NCBI GenBank assembly: GCA_963716985.1 | Contig: OY970323.1 | Span: 544,001 to 608,000, forward strand | Reading direction: 5' to 3' | DNA: 64,000 nucleotides | Source of the DNA: an uncultured bacterium | Lineage (GTDB): Bacteria > Chlamydiota > Chlamydiia > Chlamydiales > SM23-39 | In this document: in pieces, positions 48,326-58,224 of the stretch | How the letters are laid out: every line of letters starts with the position of its first letter | Numbering within the stretch: the first letter of the stretch is position 1 | The notes under the pieces: model-generated | Database searches by the model: none | What the model was told of the DNA's origin: nothing | What the model saw: only the letters and a program-made list of their open reading frames with translations | Program-made: the position numbers and the translations under genes

Positions 48326-50365
48326 CTATTTTTTTAAGAGTCGAAGACTGTTGAGCCCTACCAGAAGCGTTCCCCCTTCATGCAGGATCACGGCAATCCA
48401 GAGTGGAATCAGTCCAAGAAGCGCCGGCAGAGAGGCCAGGCAGATCACCAGCAGGGCAAAAAGGAGGTTTTCTCGAACGATTTTTTGGGTTTTGCGGGCT
48501 TTTTCGAGTAGCCACGAGATCAAAAAAATCTCATTGTTGAGAAGGATCGCGTCGGCCGCGTTGACGGCGGTTGCACTTGCCATCTGCCCCATGGAAATGC
48601 CTACGGTAGATCGTGCAAGGGAGGGGGCGTCATTGATCCCATCGCCGACCATGATGAGCCCCCCTTTTTGAGAGAGTTTCGCAACTTTTGCGAGTTTGTC
48701 TTCGGGACGAAGCTTTGCAAAGATCTGATCGATTTGCAGCTCATGTCCAATGACTTGCGCATTTTCTAGACTATCGCCGGTTAAGATTAAAGGCTCCAAA
48801 TGACGGCATTTTAGCTGCTCGATGAGTTTTTTTGCCTGTTTTCGAAGGGTGTCCTGAAAGTGAAAAAGAAAGGGGGTGGAGCAGATCAAGAGCAGAGAAA
48901 TGATGGACCCTTTTTTTGAAACATCTGACAGAGCTTTTTGCAGAGACTCTTTCTGGTCATTGGACAAAAACGTTTCGATAAAAGAGGGCTTACCGACGCG
49001 CACATCAACAAGCTTGCCTTGGAAAAGAACTTTTCCTTGCACTCCATCTCCGGGGAAAGAGAGAAAGTCTTGGACGGGAAGAGCAATGAGTTTTTTTTCT
49101 TCAGCTCCTTTGCAAATCGCGGTTGCGATCGGATGCGTGCTTGCCTTTTCCAATGAGGCTGCCAATTGGAGGGCGTCCTCTTGGGTAAGGGAGGTTTTCT
49201 CCAGAGGTTCGATGGAAGAGCAGATGAGTTTTCCTTCCGTCAAAGTACCCGTTTTATCAAAGGCAACAAAGCGGCTGGCGCAAAGAGCGTCTAGAATGGA
49301 CCCTCCTTTGAGGACAATTCCTTTTTTTGCAGCAGAAGAAATGGCGCTCAGATAGGCCGAAGGGATGGCAATAATGAGTGCACAAGGAGAGGACGCAATC
49401 AAAAAGGTCAGCGCGCGATAAATCGATCCGTCTAAACCAAAATAGGAGAGGGAAAAAAAGAGGGGAGAGAGGAGCGCAAAAAAAATAGTGGCACAGATGA
49501 TAAATAGGGAATAAACCTTTCCGAAGCGATAGAAAAAACGCTCGATTTTTGGTTTTTTTTCGGCCGCGGAAGAGATGAGCTTGATGATTTGTAAGATGGT
49601 AGAGTCATTTCCCTCTTTTGTAGCGCTGATCGACAACGCTCCCTCCAGGTTGAGGGCGCCTGCGGGAATTTCGCTGCCGCTATTCACGCTGATGGGAAGA
49701 TTTTCTCCCGTGAGATGGGCGATGCTGATCGAAGATCGTCCGTCGATGACCCTTCCGTCGACGGGGACCATTTCGCCGGCTTTTACGAAAAGTTTCATCC
49801 CCACTTGAATATCTTGCATCGATTTCTCGACAAGAGAGCCATCTTTTTGGAGAAGATAGGCGCTTGATGGAATGTATTGGCGCAAGCTATGAAGAGTCGC
49901 TCTTGTTTTGAAGGAGACGGCATTTTCGAGCGCACATCCAAGCGCAAACAGGACAAGCAAGAGAGCTCCTTCAAATGGGCTGCCAATGGCGAGGGCAAGA
50001 AAAGCGGATAGCGTCATGAGAAGGTCGAGATTGATTTCGAGTCGTTTCAAATCCTCCACCGCATAGATCACGGAAGGAAGTCCCATCAAAAAATAGACAA
50101 AAGAGAGCAAAAAAAAGCCCAGGGAATGATTGACGGAAAAAAAGCCAAGAGAAACTAGGAAAAGAGCGGAAGAAAAAAGAGCGCTTTTTAAAGGAAGGTT
50201 GCGGATCCATTTCCGAGAATTTTTTTTGAGAAAGGGGCTGACGCTTTCTTCTTTGCCATAGGCGAAGAATTCGTCAAAGATATAGGGCTTTGCCTTTCTT
50301 ACGAGATCCATGTTTTGAGAAAAAAGGTTGTGCTGATGATCAAAAGGGAAATTCCTATATGCCAA
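48326..50365 (-). CDS. zntA: Heavy-metal P-type ATPase, P1B-4 subclass
   Basis: TGE, SPC, DKTGTLT, GDGINDAP, HEGGT. Confidence 0.9.
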   Translation of the reverse strand: MAYRNFPFDHQHNLFSQNMDLVRKAKPYIFDEFFAYGKEESVSPFLKKNSRKWIRNLPLKSALFSSALFLVSLGFFSVNHSLGFFLLSFVYFLMGLPSVIYAVEDLKRLEINLDLLMTLSAFLALAIGSPFEGALLLVLFALGCALENAVSFKTRATLHSLRQYIPSSAYLLQKDGSLVEKSMQDIQVGMKLFVKAGEMVPVDGRVIDGRSSISIAHLTGENLPISVNSGSEIPAGALNLEGALSISATKEGNDSTILQIIKLISSAAEKKPKIERFFYRFGKVYSLFIICATIFFALLSPLFFSLSYFGLDGSIYRALTFLIASSPCALIIAIPSAYLSAISSAAKKGIVLKGGSILDALCASRFVAFDKTGTLTEGKLICSSIEPLEKTSLTQEDALQLAASLEKASTHPIATAICKGAEEKKLIALPVQDFLSFPGDGVQGKVLFQGKLVDVRVGKPSFIETFLSNDQKESLQKALSDVSKKGSIISLLLICSTPFLFHFQDTLRKQAKKLIEQLKCRHLEPLILTGDSLENAQVIGHELQIDQIFAKLRPEDKLAKVAKLSQKGGLIMVGDGINDAPSLARSTVGISMGQMASATAVNAADAILLNNEIFLISWLLEKARKTQKIVRENLLFALLVICLASLPALLGLIPLWIAVILHEGGTLLVGLNSLRLLKK

Positions 50366-51021
50366 AGAACCGCATCCGGTATCTTATTTTTGGCAAAGTG
50401 GGCAGAGGAAGCGGCAAGCAGGCCCATGAGAACCAGGCCGGTGGCAAATATTCCCCACGCGGGCAGGAAAAAAAGAGCGAGCAGCAGAAAGAGAGAAGAG
50501 ATCGCTCCTCCGATGAGCGCTCCGATCCCCAGCGTTAAAGGATGATCAAAGCTTTCCAAAACGATTCCCATTTCCTCTTCGATCATCACCTGCAGCAGGC
50601 GGTTGTCATTGGCCATCAGAACATCTACGGCCTCTTCTAAAAGTTTTCCGGAAAAACCCTTGGCTTGATAGATGGCTTCCAATTCTTTTCTTTCTTGCGG
50701 CCGATGATGGGTGATTTCCCATTCTTCTTTTTCGATGATTCGGTGCAAGCGTTGGAGCCTCTCCCATCCCGCATAGGTGGAAAAGAGCATTTTCCATAAA
50801 AACCACCCTGCCAAAAAGAGAATGAGGGGGACGGGAAAAAAAAGATGGGGAAAGGCAATATAGAGTATCCAAAAGAGAAGGATGGTCTCCTTGGCCGTCG
50901 AAAGGGCATGCGTATAGGGCGGAGGCATTTCGGATTCTAGAAAATCCGAAGAGACGCTTTTTTTTTGCATTTTAAAAAAGCGTTGGATCTGGAGCCAAAG
51001 AGATTTTTTCTTCTCTTTCAT
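50299..51021 (-). CDS. VIT1/CCC1-family metal transporter
   Basis: EEWEITHHRPQERKELEAIYQAKGF...MIEEEMG domain between TM blocks. Confidence 0.8.
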   Translation of the reverse strand: MKEKKKSLWLQIQRFFKMQKKSVSSDFLESEMPPPYTHALSTAKETILLFWILYIAFPHLFFPVPLILFLAGWFLWKMLFSTYAGWERLQRLHRIIEKEEWEITHHRPQERKELEAIYQAKGFSGKLLEEAVDVLMANDNRLLQVMIEEEMGIVLESFDHPLTLGIGALIGGAISSLFLLLALFFLPAWGIFATGLVLMGLLAASSAHFAKNKIPDAVLWHIGISLLIISTTFFLKTWIS

Positions 51022-52307
51022 CGAACAGCTTTGGGCGTCAGCTCAGAAATCTCATCTTCTAAATATTTATGAAGTACGGTTGGGATCGTAACAGAGCCAT
51101 CTTCTTTTTGGTTATTTTCCAAAAGAGCTACCATGAGCCTTGAGGTGGCCACTCCGGATCCGTTTAAGGTATGTAAAAGCTCGGGCTTTTCCCCTTTTTT
51201 TCGAAAACGGATTTTGGAGCGTCTGGCTTGATAATCGGTGCAATTGGATACCGAAGAGACTTCGTAATATCGGTTTTGTCCGGGAAGCCATACTTCGATA
51301 TCGACGGTTTTTGCAGAAGCAAAAGACATATCTCCCGTACATAAAAGCATGTTGCGATAATGGAGTCCAAGCCCTTGCAAAACTTCTTCGGCAGATGCCA
51401 TCATGATGTCAAAAACCTTTTCGCTCTCATTGGGCCGTGAAAAGCAAAAGAGCTCTACCTTATTGAATTGATGGGTGCGAATGAGGCCGCGCTCCTGTTT
51501 TCCCGCAGCGCCGGCTTCTCTGCGGAAGCATGGGGTGTAGGAGACATATTTGATGGGGAGCATTTCTTCTTCGATGATCTCATCAAAGTGAAGGCCATTT
51601 AAAGCCACTTCGGCCGTTGGAATGAGATAGAGGTTGTAATCTTCGTCCTTAATTTTGTAGAGCTGGCTTTCAAATTTGGGCAACTGTCCGGATCCATACA
51701 TGATTTCCGGTTTGACCAAGAGAGGAGGCCATATTTGCGTAAATCCATTTTTTTTATGGATATCGAGCATATAGTTCAAAATGGCCCATTCCAACCGAGC
51801 TCCTAAGTTTGTATAGACGATCCACCCGGAGCCGGAGATTTTGGCGCCTCGTGCAAAGTCGAACAAATGAAGTTTTTCATTGAGCTCGACGTGATTTTTG
51901 AAAGGAAAGGAAAACTCTGTTTTTGCTCCGTATGTTTTGATGCAGACGTTGTCCTTGGGTTCGGGAGCGATGGGGACGAGGTCTAAAGGGATATTAGGAA
52001 GAAGGGCAAGTTCGTAATCTCTCTTGCTTTCCAGATCGGCAATGTCGCGATCGAGCGTAGCGATCTGATTGCCGATTGCATCCATCTCTTTCATCAAGGA
52101 CGCGGCATCTTGTTTGGCCTGTTTTTTTTGACCGATTTCTTTGGACGCGAGATTTCTTTTAGATTTGAGTTCTTCGGACTCGGTTTGCAGCTTTCGGAGC
52201 GATTCGTCTAGGGCCAAAACCTTTTTCAGATCGGTTTCGGGGACCTTTGTTTTTAAACGTTTTTCGACGCCTTTTGGATCTTTGCGAATCAATTTAATAT
52301 CAATCAT
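51018..52307 (-). CDS. serS: Serine--tRNA ligase
   Basis: MIDIKLIR, LIPTAEV, FRREAG, HQFNKVE, HTLNGSG. Confidence 0.98.
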   Translation of the reverse strand: MIDIKLIRKDPKGVEKRLKTKVPETDLKKVLALDESLRKLQTESEELKSKRNLASKEIGQKKQAKQDAASLMKEMDAIGNQIATLDRDIADLESKRDYELALLPNIPLDLVPIAPEPKDNVCIKTYGAKTEFSFPFKNHVELNEKLHLFDFARGAKISGSGWIVYTNLGARLEWAILNYMLDIHKKNGFTQIWPPLLVKPEIMYGSGQLPKFESQLYKIKDEDYNLYLIPTAEVALNGLHFDEIIEEEMLPIKYVSYTPCFRREAGAAGKQERGLIRTHQFNKVELFCFSRPNESEKVFDIMMASAEEVLQGLGLHYRNMLLCTGDMSFASAKTVDIEVWLPGQNRYYEVSSVSNCTDYQARRSKIRFRKKGEKPELLHTLNGSGVATSRLMVALLENNQKEDGSVTIPTVLHKYLEDEISELTPKAVR

Positions 52308-52555
52308 GGTTTTTTCCTCGACAATGGGTCAACTATTTTTTCTCTATCAAACACTCTATTTAGCAAAAAAGTCAATGGTTCTCTCAAAGCTTTCATTGGT
52401 TTTTTTGTGGTATTCAATGATTTCTAAAAGCTGTACAGTGGCAAAGGACGTTTCTTCTTAGTTCCGCTTATTCTAAAAGGGTTAATGGTCGTCTTTCCGG
52501 GTTTTCTAAAAATGAGCAGCATCAAAGATCCCGGCGCGATGAAAGAACTCCAGAC

Positions 52556-52582
52556 TTATGCAGCAAAAAGTTGCAAGTCGAG
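52556..52582 (+). mobile_element. IS right-end remnant (degenerate)
   Basis: TTATGCAGCAAAAAGTTGCAAGTCGAG; reverse complement matches 217-244 with one indel. Confidence 0.6.
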
Positions 52583-52626
52583 ATAACGAGCTATTTTTTT
52601 AAATAGCTAACTGATGCGATTTTGCA

Positions 52627-52732
52627 TCAGGCCGCGCAACCGAGCGAAGTTGTGGGCCAAGAAATCGCCGGAAAATCAAGCGGCTTGAGCGCCGCTATTG
52701 GGGTAGCGAATGTGAAAATTGTGACAATGGCC
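52627..52732 (-). repeat. ~106-bp dispersed repeat, copy 2
   Basis: Matches 1595-1700; supplies the last codons and stop of the LRR gene. Confidence 0.8.
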
Positions 52733-53960
52733 CCCCAATTCTTCCGAAGACCCACGTAGCCTCATCCTTCGGAAATCCAATTGTCAATTTGCGCAGATTT
52801 CCTATGGCATCCGGGATGACTTTGATTTGATTGTGATGAAGAAACAGGAATTCCAAACTGCCAAGCTTTTCTATTGCATCCGGAATGACTTGGATTTGAT
52901 TGTCATGAAGAGCCAGCTCTCGCAAATTGACAAGATTTCCTATGGCATTCGGAATGACTTGGATTTGATTTTGCGCAAGATGCAGCTTTTTCAAATTGAC
53001 AAGCTTTTCTATTGCATCCGGAATGACTTGGATTTGATTTTCCCAAAGATACAGCCCTTGCAAATTGACAAGATTTCCTATGACATCCGGGATGACTTTG
53101 ATTTCATTGCAAGAAAGAGCCAGCTCTTGCAAATTGACAAGATTCCCTATGACATCCGGGATGGCTTGGATTTGATTGAGACGAAGACACAGCCTTTGCA
53201 AATTGACAAGATTTCCTATGGCATTCGGAATGACTTTGATTTGATTGACCGAAAGATTCAGCTCTTGCAAATTGACAAGATTTCCTATGGCATTCGGAAT
53301 GACTTGGATTTGATTGCCCGAAAGATCCAATCTTTGCAAATTGACAAGATTTCCTATGGCATCCGGAATGAATTGGATTTGATTGCCCGAAAGATCCAGT
53401 CTTTGCAAATTGGGACAATACTCAATCAATTCTTGTGGAATGAGCGTAAGGCCTTTGTCCCGGAGATCAATCACAGTTACTGAATGGAAATGCTTTGGAT
53501 GGTTTTGTAAAAATTCTCTAACAATTTTGGCTTTCTCTGAAATACACGTTTTTTGTGTAATTTGACTCCGCGCCTCTGTGGGGAGCATTGGCTCAAAGAC
53601 TGTAAGAAGATCTTTATCCTTAGCAGTCTGAACCATTGCTATCTTTGCTTCTAAATCCACGAGTCGCGCATCTAAGACTTCGCGGAGACATGGAATAGGC
53701 GCAATTCTCTTTGCCATCTGAGAAAGATAGCATCTGCAATAAGCAGGATTCTCCAGACGTCGTTCATCAAGAGGAGGGAAAAGAAAAATTCCATCCGAAG
53801 CTTTTTTGATCTGTTGAATTTTGTCTGCCAAGGCAGGAGTTACGCATGCTTGCGTATGTCTATCCACTGCCCCTAAATTGAGAACGTCTCGGACCGACAA
53901 AAAATTGCTAATTTTTATCCACTGGCGTGGACCTAAAGAGCTAACTCCTGACATAAACAA
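52695..53960 (-). CDS. F-box-like plus leucine-rich-repeat protein (putative effector)
   Basis: N-terminal WIKISNFLSVRDVLNLGAVDR; nine 23-aa LxxLxLxxNQIxxIPxxIGNLVN repeats. Confidence 0.9.
   Translation of the reverse strand: MFMSGVSSLGPRQWIKISNFLSVRDVLNLGAVDRHTQACVTPALADKIQQIKKASDGIFLFPPLDERRLENPAYCRCYLSQMAKRIAPIPCLREVLDARLVDLEAKIAMVQTAKDKDLLTVFEPMLPTEARSQITQKTCISEKAKIVREFLQNHPKHFHSVTVIDLRDKGLTLIPQELIEYCPNLQRLDLSGNQIQFIPDAIGNLVNLQRLDLSGNQIQVIPNAIGNLVNLQELNLSVNQIKVIPNAIGNLVNLQRLCLRLNQIQAIPDVIGNLVNLQELALSCNEIKVIPDVIGNLVNLQGLYLWENQIQVIPDAIEKLVNLKKLHLAQNQIQVIPNAIGNLVNLRELALHDNQIQVIPDAIEKLGSLEFLFLHHNQIKVIPDAIGNLRKLTIGFPKDEATWVFGRIGGPLSQFSHSLPQ
52790..53410 (-). repeat. 69-bp tandem repeats encoding the LRRs
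   Basis: Recurrent CAAATTGACAAGATTTCCTATGGCAT at 69-nt period. Confidence 0.9.
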
Positions 53961-54010
53961 ACTCCATATTGTTTTTTTTTAATTATATTATAAACCTTAT
54001 AACAATTAAT

Positions 54011-54263
54011 CTCGACTTTGTGCATTTTTTGATCTGATAGCCCAAGGTCATTTGCTTCAATCTGTAAAATAAAAAGTTGATAGAGAGTGCCGCTTTGCGC
54101 ATACTATTTGGTTTACTACAACAAAATGGTAGGCTCTCATGGACTCTCTATCGTCAAACACTTTAGCAGTACTCACCCTTTTTTCAGTACTTTTTTCAAA
54201 ACCTTCTTGGAAAGCTCTAACACTTCTCCTTGGCAATCTTGTTTGTACTGACAAAATAACCGT
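54011..54263 (+). mobile_element. Left-end fragment of the IS701-like element with intact terminal repeat
   Basis: CTCGACTTTGTGCATTTTTTGATCTGATAGCCC..., colinear with 59721-59973 including the first transposase codons. Confidence 0.88.
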
Positions 54264-54471
54264 TTAACATTTTGTATATAAAATTATAATATATGCCAAT
54301 AATTAAAATATTTTATTTATAACACTTATTAAGTGGGTGAAATAAGGAAATAATGGCTCATCCCGCGTACGAACAGTGCGGGGGGTCAAATTTTCTCTTG
54401 TTTTTCCTCTTATTTGTACTTGCGAAAGAGCTACTTCTTTGCTACTATGCATCCTTTCCAAAAAGGTGATT

Positions 54472-55608
54472 ATGGCTCGTCTTGCTGTTGCTAAATGCCC
54501 CCTAATTTTAAGATACCATCGCTTGATGGATGCTTTTGCCAAATCGGATGATGAGAGAGACTTTTATCTCGACAAAATGGAGGGATTTCTTGTCTATATC
54601 GATCTGGACAAAGGGGAAGAAGAACTCAAAGCCGTTGAAGAAGAATTTTCCAAGAATGGCGAGAGGTATGCGCTTCTCCCGAAGATGACTTTTTTTGAGA
54701 TCAAAAAGTTCATGGAAGGGTTTATCCAGGAAAAGGTGTATGACATCGACACCAAAGAAAAACTTTTGGATATCATTAGCGCAAAAGATGCGCGAGAGAA
54801 TTTTTTGGAGTTCATCTACGATAACTTGACCGAACTTGAAAAATGGCAGCTTTATTATCAGGAACGATTCCGTATACGCATCATTGAATGGCTCCGTTCT
54901 CTAGAGATCCAATTCGTATTCGAAGAAGATCTCGATATTCCAAGATCTTTGGTGGAAAAATTGAAAAAGAGCCTTTTTGACGAGAAGATCCCCAAAGATA
55001 TAACAACTGCAAGAGAGACGCTGATTGCTAAAGCAAAGACCTACTATTCCAATGAAGCGCTCAATCCACGCCCTAAGAGAGGAAGACCTCCGAAACAAGC
55101 GGCCAAAATCGCAATCGAGCCGCAATTCACGGGAGATCTTTATACGACGGTGCCCTCGGCGCTTCGCCTTTTTCTTTATATTCCCGACATTACCAATGCT
55201 TCTTCAGTGACCTTTTCTGCAAAATTCGAAAGCGAAGAGCATCTTCTGGCATCCCTTCGAGGCAGCAGCCGTATGAAGATTGATGAAAAACTAGAAGCTC
55301 TCTCGCAACGATTGGAATCGCTGCAAAATCTTTCCAGCCGTTTGGCAGGGCGGGAATCTCCTTTGGGGATCGAAAAGGTCAAAAAGCCCTTTGCTCCGTT
55401 TTCCAGGCCTAAAATTAGCGAAAGGAAAGAAATTTCTCGCGAGCCTCCAAAAGAAGAAAAGGTGGAGACTGCTGTCGAGCAGATCCTTCCCAAAAAGAAA
55501 GGTCGTCCGGTGAAGGAAGAGGAGATACCACGTCCTCCTTCGCGCCGCTATGGAGGGATCAAGAAAGTCACCCCCATCACCAAACCCAAGGATAAGAAAT
55601 CCCGATGA
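54472..55608 (+). CDS. UPF0158-family chlamydial protein
   Basis: LMDAFAKSDDERDFYLD, EKVYDIDTKEKLL, LNPRPKRGRPPKQ. Confidence 0.8.
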   Translation: MARLAVAKCPLILRYHRLMDAFAKSDDERDFYLDKMEGFLVYIDLDKGEEELKAVEEEFSKNGERYALLPKMTFFEIKKFMEGFIQEKVYDIDTKEKLLDIISAKDARENFLEFIYDNLTELEKWQLYYQERFRIRIIEWLRSLEIQFVFEEDLDIPRSLVEKLKKSLFDEKIPKDITTARETLIAKAKTYYSNEALNPRPKRGRPPKQAAKIAIEPQFTGDLYTTVPSALRLFLYIPDITNASSVTFSAKFESEEHLLASLRGSSRMKIDEKLEALSQRLESLQNLSSRLAGRESPLGIEKVKKPFAPFSRPKISERKEISREPPKEEKVETAVEQILPKKKGRPVKEEEIPRPPSRRYGGIKKVTPITKPKDKKSR

Positions 55609-57641
55609 GCTGTGTTGTAAAAGAGCTCCACGCTTCAATCGGATCTTTGGATCGAAAGAGGATTCTTTCGGTTTGGGAAACGATGTGTATTGCACGCGCT
55701 GCCGATACGAAGATGAGCATTTTGGCCAAACAGAACAAGGGAGGCTCTTTTTTCTTATCGACTGCAGGCCATGAGATGGTGGGCGCCGTTTGCGCTTCTT
55801 TCCTAACTCCCGGAAAAGACTGGTCGTTTCCCTATTATCGAGATCGCGCGTTTGTCATTGGGCTTGGCTCTTCTTTGATTGATATTATTGGAGCTTTTTT
55901 AACAAGAGAGGTCGCGCACCATTCGGGCGGCCGCATGATGCCGGACCATTTTTCACACAAATCTTTGCGTATTCCCTGCCAATCGAGCTGTGTCGGTTCG
56001 CAATATCTCCAAGCAGTGGGCCTTGCGAAGGGCATTTCTTTGCAGGGGTTGGATGAGGTGGTTTATGTCTCCGGAGGCGATGGATCTACGTCGCAGGGAG
56101 ATTTTCATGAAGCGCTCAATTTTGCCTGCATCCATTCGTTGCCGGTCCTTTTTGTGGTGCAGGACAATGGATGGGCCATTTCGGTTACTTCCAAGGAGCA
56201 GACTGCCGGCGCCTCTATTGCCAATCGCGCGCGAGGATATCACAATTTAAGCGTTTACGACGTGGACGGGTGCAATTATTCGGCTCTTTCTCAAGCGATG
56301 ATTGCATCGATTTCTAAAGCACGAAAGGGTGAGGGCCCCTCTTTGATCGTGGCCCATGTTTCCAGGCTCTCTTCTCACGCGGCGAGCGATGATCAGACCA
56401 AATACAAAGATGCTGCCCTCATTGCCGAAGAGCAAAAAAGAGATCCGATCCTTCTTTTTGAACACTGGATGGTTGCAGAAAAGATCATTCAAAAAGAAGA
56501 TCTTCTACAAAGAAAAAAAGAATGTGCAGAAAAAGTCGAGATTGCCACTGTAGAGGCTGAAAAAATGGCATTTCCCAAAAAAGAAGGGGTGATGAAACAC
56601 CTTTTCAAAGAATATACTATCACCTCTTCTTGCAACGAAATCTCTTCCTCTCCGATTGTCATGATGGATGCTTTGAATCGAGCGCTTGTGGAAGAGATGC
56701 AAAGAGATCCGAGCGTTCTTGTATTTGGGGAAGATGTGGCCCATAAAAAAGGGGGCATTTTTGGCGTCACCAGACAACTGACAGAGAAGTTTGGAGAAAA
56801 GAGATGCTTTAATACACCGCTTGCCGAGTCGACGATTGTCGGCATTGCGATGGGCCTTGCCTTTGATGGATATCATAAACCTGTAGCTGAGATCCAATAT
56901 ACCGATTACGTATGGCCGGCTTTAAACCAGCTCGCCAATGAACTTGCAAGCGTACATCATAGATCCAATGGAGAGTGGAATTGTCCGATCGTTGTCCGTA
57001 TGACCACCGGAGGATATATCCAAGGGGGCCCTTATCATTCGCAGAGTTTGGAGGCTCTTTTTGCGCATATCCCCGGTCTGAAAGTGGCGATCCCTAGCAA
57101 TGCTTCCGATGCCAAACGATTGTTGAAGGCCGCGATTCGCGATCCCAATCCGGTTGTTTTTCTGGAGCACAAAGCGCTTTATCGACAGCATTTTTTCTCG
57201 GCAAGACCGGAGCCCTCTGCAGAGGATCTTTTAGCTTTTGGAGAAGCAAACATTGTCAAGGAAGGCAAGGATGTAACAGTGGTTGCCTGGGGCATGATGG
57301 TCCCGATGGCCTACGGAGTGGCCGAGCATTTGCAAAAAGAGGGGATTTCGGTGGAGCTCATCGATCTGCGCACCCTTGTTCCTCTGGACATGGAAACGAT
57401 TCTTGCTTCCACGCGAAAAACGGGCAAGGTACTCATCGTTCATGAATCTTCCAAAACCTGTGGTTTTGGCGCCGAGCTTTGTGCAAGAATTGTCGAAGAA
57501 TCTTTTATGGATCTCGATGCTCCCATTCAACGGCTGGGAGGAAAAGATTGTCCGATTCCTTTTTGCAAGGATTTGGAAGACGCCGTGCTTCCTCAAAAAA
57601 AAGACATCGAAGATGCCATCCGAGCACTCAACTCTTTTTAA
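55605..57641 (+). CDS. 2-oxoacid (branched-chain-type) dehydrogenase E1, fused alpha/beta
   Basis: TPP motif GDGSTSQGDFHE...NGWAIS; beta-domain GEDV, TPLAES, HSQS, LIDLRTL. Confidence 0.93.
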   Translation: MSCVVKELHASIGSLDRKRILSVWETMCIARAADTKMSILAKQNKGGSFFLSTAGHEMVGAVCASFLTPGKDWSFPYYRDRAFVIGLGSSLIDIIGAFLTREVAHHSGGRMMPDHFSHKSLRIPCQSSCVGSQYLQAVGLAKGISLQGLDEVVYVSGGDGSTSQGDFHEALNFACIHSLPVLFVVQDNGWAISVTSKEQTAGASIANRARGYHNLSVYDVDGCNYSALSQAMIASISKARKGEGPSLIVAHVSRLSSHAASDDQTKYKDAALIAEEQKRDPILLFEHWMVAEKIIQKEDLLQRKKECAEKVEIATVEAEKMAFPKKEGVMKHLFKEYTITSSCNEISSSPIVMMDALNRALVEEMQRDPSVLVFGEDVAHKKGGIFGVTRQLTEKFGEKRCFNTPLAESTIVGIAMGLAFDGYHKPVAEIQYTDYVWPALNQLANELASVHHRSNGEWNCPIVVRMTTGGYIQGGPYHSQSLEALFAHIPGLKVAIPSNASDAKRLLKAAIRDPNPVVFLEHKALYRQHFFSARPEPSAEDLLAFGEANIVKEGKDVTVVAWGMMVPMAYGVAEHLQKEGISVELIDLRTLVPLDMETILASTRKTGKVLIVHESSKTCGFGAELCARIVEESFMDLDAPIQRLGGKDCPIPFCKDLEDAVLPQKKDIEDAIRALNSF

Positions 57642-58224
57642 GAAATGCGCTTTACTTCTTTTGCCTTTGATCGCTTGAAAATTTTTTTCAAAGATTGCTC
57701 ATCGACGCGCTAACGAAGCTATCGAGCATGCTTCTAGCGTGAGTTTATTTTAAAACTTTCAAAAATTGAACCTAACGATCTTGTGATGAATTGGATGGAG
57801 CAAAAACTAATGGTATACACCAACACTTTCTATTTTGAGCGGCTTCAGGTGCACTTTTGACAAGTTTAAAGTCTTAAAAAGCTCTTGTTGTCGATTGATG
57901 CATTTTGTTTCCAATCTCAACCTCCAAAGGATGTAAGAGACTTGTTTTCAAAATTCCCCTGTTTGAATTTTTTCACCAGCAGCTTTTCCTATCGGTATTT
58001 ATGTTTACGGAAAAATTGCGGAAATTTTTTTTTTGAAAGGCTAGCTTTTTGGCAATATTATTGAATCCGTTTCGAATTCAGTGGCCATAGAATCTTTTTG
58101 ATCAGGGCCTTTATCTCGACATGAGATAATTGCGCGCAAAGAGGGTTGCTCCTTTAAAACGGAGTAGCTATAGCTCTCCAATGTAACCGCGACCCATTTA
58201 AGGGTCAAAAACAAGGAGCAACCC

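Noticed and set aside
52790..53483. CRISPR-like array or antisense repeat protein (52827-53483)
   Set aside because: The 69-bp period equals the 23-aa LRR; there are no unique spacers and no cas genes.
57642..58109. Intergenic stretch before the nested IS as an ncRNA or gene
   Set aside because: No convincing ORF, repeat or structure was recognisable by eye; it may be decayed sequence.
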